A stretch of 64,000 bases of DNA from the human T2T-CHM13v2.0 reference genome, Homo sapiens: NCBI RefSeq assembly GCF_009914755.1, contig NC_060937.1; one strand, given 5' to 3'. Position 1 is the stretch's first letter; each line of letters opens with the position of its first letter. The notes beneath the pieces are model-generated. The model saw nothing but the letters and a program-made list of their open reading frames with translations. It was not told where the DNA came from and ran no database searches. The position numbers and the translations under genes were made by a program. This document shows positions 54,026 to 64,000 of this stretch, piece by piece.

Positions 54026-56583
54026 AATATCTTAAACTAAAAAAAAATGACTCACAAGAAAATTGTTAGTAACTTCTATGCTTAGCTTCTAGATAAATTC
54101 CTTGATATGCCTGATATATTTACAGGCTCTTTATATGTCAACTAACAGTACTGTTTTCAAGGCATACATCAGACATTTTACATTAAAAAATAATGTATTT
54201 TAATTAATTTTACAGGTTTCACATGATATTGAATTTGGTCATTGTCAAATAAATGTAAACTAAAATAACAAGGTGATATTTTAAGTGTTAGTATTTTAAA
54301 TCCAAATAACTTATAATACATATTTACAGGGAGAGTATGAACAAACCTGCATTTCCATATGTTTTTTGATACTTCAAAGTTTTTCTATAGTATTTTTTTT
54401 TGGGGGGGGAGTGTAAGAAGAGCTGGGCAATACCTGGTAATTTTTAAAATATACATATGCTGTGACTCCTCAACTACGTCTCTAGGAATTGACCTAATAC
54501 ATATATTGATATGCATATATTGATATGCAAGTGCAGAGAATAAATGGTAATATGTTCTTTTTAGCATTATTTGTTATTGTACATACACTTATCTCAGCAA
54601 ATGACTGCAAATAACTTGTTGACATTAAAACTGCTATACATCATCATGACATAATGCATTACATACACAGTAAAACCCAGTGAAAATAATAAGTATGTGT
54701 AATTTACTTATTTTCAGCAAGTTTCTAATGATTCTATCAATATCAAGTTCTCCCTTCTGCCAATCCATTAGTTCATCTGCATTTATCCATTAGTAGATTA
54801 ATAAATGTTAATAACTAACCAATGATTCATTAGAGAAAACCTAAACTTCATTACTATTCCCATGTAAGTAAAAAGACAATGCTGAAAATGGCCATAGATT
54901 GTAAAATCCTCAGTTATACTGAACCATGTAAGCTTGTTTCCTCAGGTCACACTTACATGATTATGTCTTATGACACTGATCAAAAATACTTGATCAACTG
55001 CCTAGACAAACATAGGATAAGCTCTGTTAAATGGATGAAGGGAAAATTAACCTAATTGCACTTAATGTATTTAAATAAATCTATTTAGATGATTTAATTT
55101 GCAAACAAACTGGATTGTTTACTCTTTCATGAAAGCTGCAAATTATAAACCATATGGCTTGTCTTAACATGCCTTGAGAAAATGTGAGCTGAACCATTTT
55201 TACTAAAATGTGTGTCAATAACCTATTAAACTTTTAGAGAGTTTTAATTGCTCAGTAAAAAGTAATATGTAAGCTTATTTATTTAGCATAAATTTAAAAT
55301 ATTAATGTTTTTTGCTTTACAATGCTTATAATTATCTTCAGATATGACATTTATAGAAATATATGTTTTCTTACTATTATTATTTCACAGTTGAAAATCT
55401 CCATTCGAGAAAATGTAAGGGAGTTGTTTATTTAAATCTTTAATCATCTTTTGGATATACCTATTAATATATTATTTCACTCTAATTTTCAACAACTGAA
55501 AGAGTACTAAATGACTATATTTACATTGTGGTAATTTTTTAAAATATTCTTAATCAAAACAGGAGTATATATATGCAAACTCCATTTTTAAATAATTGTC
55601 CTGTCTTTTTATTTTCAAGAGATCTATTTGATATTGCCAATAATTATCATCCTATCTCCTGTAGAGTAACGATTATTCAACTGCCTTGATAATTATTGAA
55701 TTATTGCTGTTTAAATACTGTGCTTATGCTTCTTGGTTTAAGAATGTATGCTATCACAATAGAATATATACATTAAAATTAAAATTTATTGTAAATGTTT
55801 CCACTGATTATCTCTAAGTGTCTACCTATCTACTTATCTAGGTATAAATAATTTAATATTTGGAAAGTAATATAAAATATAAAATATTTAATTTTCTATA
55901 AGTATTTGATCTAATTTTTATGCACATTTGGCTCTTCATTAAAATTGGTTCAAAGTAATTATATACTTTGGTCATTTAGAGTTAGGCAGATTAAATACAC
56001 TAAAGCTAGAGAGTGGATAGATAAATATTTAATAGCAGAATAAGTAGTTCTTTACCTATGTAATTTATTTACCTTAAACATGCTCTTTGATGAAGTCAGT
56101 TTGCAATGAGTCATCTAAGATACAACACCTACAAATGAATTTATTATAAATAACTTATTTCTTGTCTCTGGTAGCTTTTCAGAAGGCTAACCCAAATAGT
56201 GACAATGGAAATTTCCAGAAATGGTCCCACCACTATGTGTGCAACAGCAATCTAAAACACCATTTTAAATTATTAAAACACTGTCTCTCATCCTATCAGA
56301 AACTGGTATCACATGATGCATATTTATTTTCCTAGTAATATAACCATGACCCATACAACCAAATCCTGATTGTTGTTGCACCTTTCATTTAGTACATTGT
56401 TGCAACACATAAAGGTTGTCGGGTATTGACAGATAATTTGAATACCTCACCCAACTAAATACTCATAATTCTATATTTTTCTTTGTATTATATTCAAAAG
56501 AATAATCAAATATTTATAACCTACATATCTTTCTTTCTTCCTATGCAAATATTAGTTCTTAAGACATCTACCATTTTCCTTCA

Positions 56584-56997
56584 TGTCAGCCCATTTTCTG
56601 AAGCTATAACAGAATAACGAGACTGGATAATTTATAAAGGAGGGTGGTTTAAGTTCATTATTCTGGAGGCTAGGAAGTCCAAGATCAGGCCACAGCATCT
56701 GGTCAGCTTTTGATGAGGCTCTCATGCTGCATCATAATACAGAAGAGAAGAAGAAGGAGAAGCAAGTGTATGCAAAAAGTGACCAAACACAAGAGGCGGT
56801 CTTGCTCATCGCAATTCGTTCTTGTGGTAGTAACTAATCCAGTCCTAGGAAAGCAGATCTCGCTCTCTGGAGAATGGCATTAATGCCTCCTAATGGACTA
56901 ATCACTTCTTAAAAACACCACCTTCCAACACTGCCACACTGGGGATCAAGACTCAACATATGTTTTGGTGGGGACAAACCATATTTAAGCCATAACA
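56584..56997 (-). mobile_element. MST (C-like) MaLR LTR
   Basis: gctataacagaat...ggaagtccaagatc...gtaactaatccagtcc...ggggacaaacc; flanks cttca and cttaa. Confidence 0.8.
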
Positions 56998-57439
56998 CTT
57001 AAGATTACCATTGTTTTATAAATAGATAAAGTGAGTTGAGTTGTATTTGACAGATTCTACTCAAGCCCTGAATAAACACAAAGAATTTATTGGGTACATT
57101 TAACATAAAAACCTAAATTACGTAACACTTTGTAGTTTTTTCTTCATAAAATGCTGCATCTAATTTCTTTCTTTAGCTGAAATCTTGTCATCAAGCAAAC
57201 AAAAATCCCTTTGTAGCATCATAAGTGAAATTTTCTCACCCATCCCTGCATAATTTGCAAATTCTGTTGTAAACCTGCAGGAACACTTTCAGAAATCTCT
57301 GTGGGCCTCATGTAAAGCACCATTCTGCTTTAAAGCCCGAGTAATCAGCATGCAATCTGCTGCAATCCTTTTTCTGGAAGGTCTCTCTGTTATTACTATA
57401 TCTCTGTAGACATTTAATACCTGAATCCCAGTTGATATT

Positions 57440-57803
57440 TGTCTTTGACCATTTTGTGCTGCTATAACTAACAGAATACCACAGACTGGGTAACTTATAA
57501 AGAACAGACATGTATTTACTTGCAGTTCTAGAGGCTGGGAAGCTCAAAATTAAGGTGCTGGCCTTTTTGCTGTAACATCTCATGGCGGAAGGTGGAAGGG
57601 CAAGAGTGTGTGAGAGAGCAAAAGGGGTCTGAACCTCATCATTTTAAAAGAAACCCACTTCAGAGAAAAAAGCATTAATTCACTCGTGAGAGAAGAGCCC
57701 TTATGGCTTAATCACCTCTTAAAGATCTTACCTCTTTATACTATTACAATTATGATTAAGTTTCTACCGCCTGCTTTTTGGAGGACACATACAAAATATA
57801 GCA
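57440..57803 (-). mobile_element. MST (D-like) MaLR LTR
   Basis: gctgctataac...agaataccacagactgggtaa...taatcacctcttaaag...tatagca. Confidence 0.8.
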
Positions 57804-57944
57804 TTTCCTTTATTCCAAACCTATAATAAATTCAGAAAGAAACAATAGTATTTATCATCTATCCAATTCTCCAGAATTTGTCCCTCAACTTCCTTATCTG
57901 TAATGACTTACATTTACACTCCTTTATTTCAGTAATTCTGTGGT

Positions 57945-58070
57945 AGACCCATTCGGATTGGGCTGTGTGTCAACCTTGCCTCCACTACTTGCCAAATGTG
58001 CAAATTTCTAAAGTACACTGTAAATCAGTTTCCTTAGCTATAATGCTGAGGATGATAAAATAATAGCATT
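57945..58070 (+). mobile_element. MIR fragment
   Basis: gcctccactactt...tcagtttccttagctataatg...gatgataaaataatagc resembles the MIR core. Confidence 0.5.
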
Positions 58071-61000
58071 AAGTTTATGTTCATATAATGAACTTCTATT
58101 CAACCATTTCATATAAATGATCCCTAGAATTTTATTCTTATTTCATCCACTGGTTCTACACAATTTAAATGACTTCACATTGCCCAAAGAATAACATAGG
58201 AACTTGTTGATTTGGGTATGTGAAATAATTCTTACTTTGTCCTTGCTTACCTTTCTTAACTCTTACTATGTCACACTTTTTCATTTATCGTATACAGTGG
58301 CTACACTAAAAAACTTTACGAAGTTCTTCTACATCTCTATTCAATATACAACTAAAATGTTCATTTATCCTAAGAAACTCATTTTTTACATACAAGCTAA
58401 AGTGTAATTTAGGCAAAATGTTAGTAAATGTGAGAACTTCCACACTAAAGATCTACCATACATTTAGTTTTTTTTTTATTATTTTGAAACATTTATTCTT
58501 ACAGAAAACTAGACAAATTACAAATGCCCGGCTTGCTGAATTATCACAAACATCTGTGTAACCACAAATCCAGCCAAAATGTGGACTCATCCATACTTGG
58601 ACATATTAAATACCCATTTTTCTGCTCTTACCTCAAGTCTATTATACTAACCCAAGTTAATTAGCTTTTGAAATAGCTGATATATTTATATATAGTTTTT
58701 TTCCACCTCTAAAATTTGCAGTTCAGTTATGATCCCCATTCATTTTTAAAATTCCTATTATACTTACAAATAACTTTCCCAGATATTTTCCCAAATGCTT
58801 TTTCATGCTTTGGAGGGAAGTATTATCACATAATATAGATAAAAATTAAAAGCAAACAAAAAAAACCATGTTGTTATATTTGCTCAGTCACCTTGATTTG
58901 CATCTTTGTGATTAGTTTTAAATCCCTTTAGCACAGACAATCAAGAGTGCTTAGTTGGCTTTTGAAAAAATCAGGAATTTTTTCCCCTGTCAATGGCAAC
59001 AAAGATGTTGGCATACCACATCCTAGCTATATATTTTGGTGTGTGACTGAACTAGGAGGTAAACTGAACGCAACTAGTTTTATTGCACAAGTCCTGTTAG
59101 ATCTGCCAAAAGGTCAGAGACCTAGTTTTCATCAAGCTTATAAATCAAGTTCTGTAGTTATTTCCTTAATTGTTCACTAATTAATATTCCTATGTGTGGC
59201 AGAATTCAGCCTGAAATTCATTTTCATTGTATCATATTGTGTTATAGCATGCTTATGGGAATGAAGCTGAGATTATGAATTTAAAATATACATTACACGT
59301 GAGTAACTCAACTGTCCTAGGTCATTTCATAGCAGCCTATAAGGCAAATCTTTATTTTCTTTAATATTGCATATTTCTACGCCTCCTCTCCCATCCTGCC
59401 TTGATTTACTCCTTTTACCAGGAATTTCTTTCATTTTAAAGATCTCGCCTAATTGACCAACATCCAGGACTTTTTTGATATCCAATTAAATTTCATCCTG
59501 CTTCCAATACTCAGAAGAGAGAAAACTTGGGATCTAATCAATTTGGTACCGCTGCTACTTCCCAGGGACTTGAGTTAGCAAGTTTGCCGGCTGCCCCTGA
59601 CTTTTGTGATGACTATTCATCCCCTACTGATGAGTGACTTCTGCTTGGTCCAAATCACTTCTGAGTACATTGGCTTGTATAAGCACAGCAGCTCATACAC
59701 ATTCAACAATTATTCTTACATTTCTCCAAAACTCTACGATCACCCTTAGCCATATGATTTGCTGAAGCCAGCCTTCCTCCATTAAATTTAGTTTATTGTA
59801 TTGATCATGAATGAGAGTCCAGAAGCTTTCATAGTGCTTGATGTTTTCATGATGTGTTCTTGTTATGTGTGTACTTTCCTCCACCACCTTATTCCTTTGG
59901 AGGAGTCTTGAAAATGTGAACAATAGAGTGGAAGGAGTGAAAGTATCACGCCCTTTCCTCCCAGGAGGCTACTTGGTCAGCATGCAGACTTTCCCTCTCT
60001 TTTCTTTGTGACAGCTCTGCAGCAAGAAGGTTTTGTAAGAAGCTGCCTTTGTCAAGACACAATAGGTCCTTTTTTTACCCTGACCGTGTATAAATGTGCT
60101 TCCTGGCATAATATTTGCATGAATAAAAGGGAATAATCATATGACTTCTTAGCAGAACAAAGATGATGTGCTCCAAGGTGACTTTCTGTTTCTAGACACA
60201 GAAGACAAAGAAAAGCCCAGCATAAAATTTTGTCTTCTGACACTTCATAGTTCATGTCTATTCTTTCCCATCTAAAATCATCTTGCATGTTTGAATGGTT
60301 CATTTTCCTTCAAATTACTATTTAAATAAATAGATATAAATACTAAAACACAAATGTCAGTGATCTATTTTTATCACAGTTCTTACCTAAATGCTACAAT
60401 AATGAAGTACTGAACTTTTTTCTATGTATCAAGTTTTACATATATATAATAACATATATATACATATATACACAATATATATATAGCAAAATTAAGAATT
60501 TTGAAGGACAGCAATTTACTTAACTAGGTAACACTGAAAAGAACATTGATTATGTATTATAAATTTCAAACATTTACAGTATTCAGTATTTCCATTCATA
60601 TTAATATGCACATAGACACCCAAATATACCTGCATAAACAGATTATCCAGCTGAAAAATTTTAACACTTTTTACAGAAAGATTTGACTGTGCATTCATTT
60701 TCCTGCTTACATTGAAATGCCATTATTCAGCAGCCTTTTTATTGTCTTATTACTTACGGAGAGAAAACAAATTAGGGACCCATTGTCTGTCATGCTTCAA
60801 AACTCTGAATATTCTGAGTTTTCAATCGTTAGTTAACTCTACAGACTAATATTTTCATTCCTGAGCAATCTCTGCACTTTTCGTTGTCCACTTTCAAAAG
60901 CAGAGCCTGATCCATTCTAGGATTGCTCCTGGATATGTCTGTCACTTTCCTGGCTGAAATTTAGTTTCTATCTATTTTTTATCTCTGGCTACAGTTCTTT

Positions 61001-61467
61001 CCAAAGAAACTTTCCTGGAGCTAATTTTCGCTTTCTGTTGCATCCCATACACATCAATGTATCTGGGTGAATATCATCCATAGAACAAATAGATACCTTG
61101 TTTCTGATTGTCTCAGGGTTATAGAGGCATTTCTAATTGTCACAATTCAGGTGCTTTACAATGTGTTATTTCTGGATTCCAATAATGAACATAAGTCATG
61201 GCTTGCCTATAATGTCTTTAGTTTACTTGTGTTATTCCTAGGTTTTTCCTGGTTCAGAATTTATATCAAAATGTTAGCTGTCTAATTGTGAAATGTTATT
61301 CAAAGTTACAGTAATGTAAGCCATGGTGGTTTTGCATTGTATTTCCAATTTTTCCTATGCCCTTGTCTAGTAAGGTGTAAGATGCATGTTCAGTGAACAC
61401 ATGGCTAAATTTTAAAACCATCAGTAATTCTTCCCTCTTTTCTTGGATAGATTCTGGCTCAAGGTAA

Positions 61468-61833
61468 CTCTTTTGGTCAGCTCGGTGTGCAACAAAAAAT
61501 GCCATAGATTGGAAGCTTAGAAAATCAGAAATTTATCTATCATACTTCTGGTGGCCGGGAAGTCCAAGACTAAGTAACTGGTAGATTAAATGTCTGATGA
61601 GGACCAACTCCCTAGATGGCCATCTCTTCTCTGTATCTTCACATGTTGGAAGGTGCAAGGGAGCTGTTTGGAGTCTCTTTTCTAAGGGCACTAATTCTAT
61701 TCATTAAGTCTCAACCCCCATGACTTTATCTAAACTTGATTACCTTCAAAATCCCACTTCTTAATATCATCACATTGAGCAATAACGTTTCAACATAAGA
61801 ATTTCGGTAGGACACAAGCACTCAGTCCATAAG
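61468..61833 (-). mobile_element. MLT1A-like MaLR LTR
   Basis: cagaaatttat...ggaagtccaagac...taagggcactaat...tttcaacataagaattt...cagtccata. Confidence 0.8.
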
Positions 61834-62083
61834 AGTAATTAAAAATTACATTTCAAGGGTACTTGTTCACTGATAAGATGAAGCATTCTTTTGTAAAAAT
61901 AGTGAAATTCAGTAACACCATCCAGCATAATGGGAGACGTATTAAAATATTGTGGTCATTAAAGGTCCCTTGTTAAACTAACCAGAAGTCAGGCTTAAAA
62001 TCCGTGAAACCAGTAAAAAATGTAGAAACTTAAACTTTAAATGTAAGTAAATATAATGATCAATAAAAATGTCTTTCACCATT

Positions 62084-62630
62084 TGTAAAGGAAAAAGATA
62101 ACATGTCCCTACTTAATACCCACCTAAGTGTGACTAAACATTAAGCAGGTTTGTTCCTGACTCTAGGCCCCTGACCACTTTTTCTTACAGCATTTAATTT
62201 AGAAAATTCTCAATGGTAAATTATTTCTCTTCCTTTTGAGATATAATCTTTTTCCAGCCTTTTGCCAGTTATGTAACTCAGGAATGTGTTTCTCAAGGAC
62301 CTGGGAAAAATTTCTTTGCAATGCAATTATCAAGAAATTAGTACCCCATCTTCTTAGTCTCTGTGAGACAGTATAAGTCTAACTTCTATAAGTACCAATA
62401 AGCAAACACACTTGGCCTAATTACATTGACCAATCTCTCCTCTAATATCCTCCAGTAATTTTCCACTACCTCACCTCAGCACTCAATAACTCTTCCACCT
62501 TTTGTTTTGTGGCATTGAATTCAATCTCTTCCCCCAAACCTTATTGCAATAGTCTTGATCTCTATTGCAATAGTCCTACATAAAGTTTTTCTTGCCTGTT
62601 TAATACAATCAGGTACATTTTTTTAATCCA
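62084..62630 (+). mobile_element. ERV1-class solo LTR (MER67-like), same family as 13360-14242
   Basis: ttcctgactctaggcccctgacc, ttgccagtt, tctcaaggacctggg, agcaaacaca...cctaattacattgacc. Confidence 0.65.
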
Positions 62631-62971
62631 CTTCCCTCTTTAAAAAAATTGTTTCCTTGAAGACATACTGAGTTAGAGTCCTTACTATAACCTGTGAAAT
62701 AGAGATAAATCTCGCCAAGGATTAAGCTAGATATTCCAGGTTTTACAATGAAGCAATAGCTCCAAGTCGGCAGACTCAAAACCTCCAGCTATGTGAAAAT
62801 GTATCACTAAAAGTGGCCCAGTGATATCTCACAACATGTAAAGGAAATTGTTAGGAGGTCTAATTCTTTAAGTTATTCTTTCTTCTGTTTGCTGTATAAA
62901 ATGTGTAAGATTTTATCCTTAGTGTTACCTTTTGTGATCAATTACATTCATATAAATCTATTAAAGTTTAC

Positions 62972-63093
62972 TGTGGTCAAAGGATAATGGAATTTCCTTA
63001 AAGTCCAAGCCCTAATACCCTGAACCTGTAAATATGTGCGTAGTAAAAAGGAATTTGCAGATGCATTTAAGTCAAGAATTTTAGGATGGGGAG
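62972..63093 (+). mobile_element. 5' part of an MLT1 (D-like) LTR
   Basis: tgtggt...ataatgg...cctaataccctgaacctgtaaatatg...aaggaatttgcagatg. Confidence 0.65.
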
Positions 63094-63287
63094 TGTTTTA
63101 GTCCCTCTGCATTGCTATTAAGGAATACCTGAGAATAGGTAATTTATAAAAAAAGAGGCTTATTTTGGCTTACGGTTCTGCAGGCTCTACAGGAGGTGTG
63201 GTGCTGGCATCTATTCCTCGTTAGGGTCCTCAGGAATCCTACAATCATGGCGGAAGATGAAGGAGGACCAGGTGTATGACATGGTAA
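63094..63287 (-). mobile_element. Part of an MST (B-like) LTR, interrupted by LTR12
   Basis: gcattgctattaaggaatacctgag...ggcttacggttctgcaggct...acaatcatggcggaag. Confidence 0.85.
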
Positions 63288-64000
63288 TGAGAGGTGACAG
63301 CCTGCCGGCAGCCCTCACAGCCCTCGCTCACTCTCAGCGCTTCCTTCGCCTCTGCGCCCACTCTGGCAGCGCTTGCGGCGCCCTTCAGCCCGCCGCTGCG
63401 CTGTGGGGCCCCTCTCTGGGGGCTGGCTGAGGCCAGAGCTGGCTCCCTCTGCTGGCGGGAGGTGTGGAGGGAGAGGCGCCGGCGGTAACCAGGGCTGCGT
63501 GCGGCGCTCGCGGTCCAGCGCGAGTTCCGGTTGGGGGTGGGCTCGTCGGGCCCCACACTCCGAGCGGCCGGCCGGTGCCCGCGCAGTGAGGGGCTTAGCA
63601 CCTGGGCGAGCAGCTGCAGAGGGGGCGCCAGGTCCCCCAGCACTGCCGGCCCGCCGTAGCCACGCTCGAATTCTTGCCAGCCTCAGCCGCCTTCTCGCGG
63701 GGCAGGTCTCAGGACCTGCAGCCCGCCAAGCCCGAGCCCCGCTGAGGTGGCCTCCTCCACGCGGCGCCCGGTCCCATCTACCGCCCAAGGGTGAGGAGTG
63801 CACGCGGGGAAGGGTGGGGCGGTGGGGGCGGGACTGGCGGGCAGCTCCACCCATGGCCCTGGCAGGGACCCGCTATGCGAAGCCAGCTGGGCTCCTGAGT
63901 CCGGTGGGGACTTGGAGAACTTTTATGTCTAGCTTAAGGTTTGTAAACACACCAATCAGCACTCCATGTGTCTAGCTCAAGGTTTGTAAACACACCCATC
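63288..64000 (+). mobile_element. LTR12 (HERV9; C/D/E group) U3 region, CpG-island-like; runs off the window
   Basis: Starts tgagaggtgacagc...cagccctcgctc; ggagaacttttatgtctagct; start of the tandem units tctagctYaaggtttgtaaacacaccaatcagc containing a CCAAT box. Confidence 0.93.

Noticed and set aside
63245-63975. Overlapping 132-200 aa Arg/Ala/Pro-rich ORFs
   Set aside because: Expected from stop-poor, GC-rich LTR12 sequence; no recognisable domain.

Overview
Primate genomic DNA, very likely hominid (AluY, an L1PA2-type 3' end, LTR12). It is AT-rich and dominated by repeats, and I found no convincing host protein-coding exon. The main element is an 8.66-kb complete but defective HERV-H/F-class provirus on the minus strand (27610-36267: LTR, tRNA-Phe PBS, gag, pro-pol, env, LTR), inserted into an older MLT1 LTR. 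Also present are a near full-length L1MA-type element that still has its target-site duplication (TSD), a twin-primed L1PA8, a long antisense L1PA11-type element, six Alus, several solo LTRs (LTR22-, MER67-, THE1-, MER51-, MST/MLT1-like) and a CpG-rich LTR12 at the right edge. The features least explained by repeat annotation are: two independent (TA)n-associated fold-back or inversion events inside L1s (one beside a ~1.3-kb nearly pure A/T tract), a 198-bp inverted templated insertion, a 125-bp AT-rich palindrome, and candidate non-coding exons near 19 kb. I see no evidence for a new multi-gene system. Repeat subfamily names are from my recall of consensus sequences and need Dfam/RepeatMasker confirmation.
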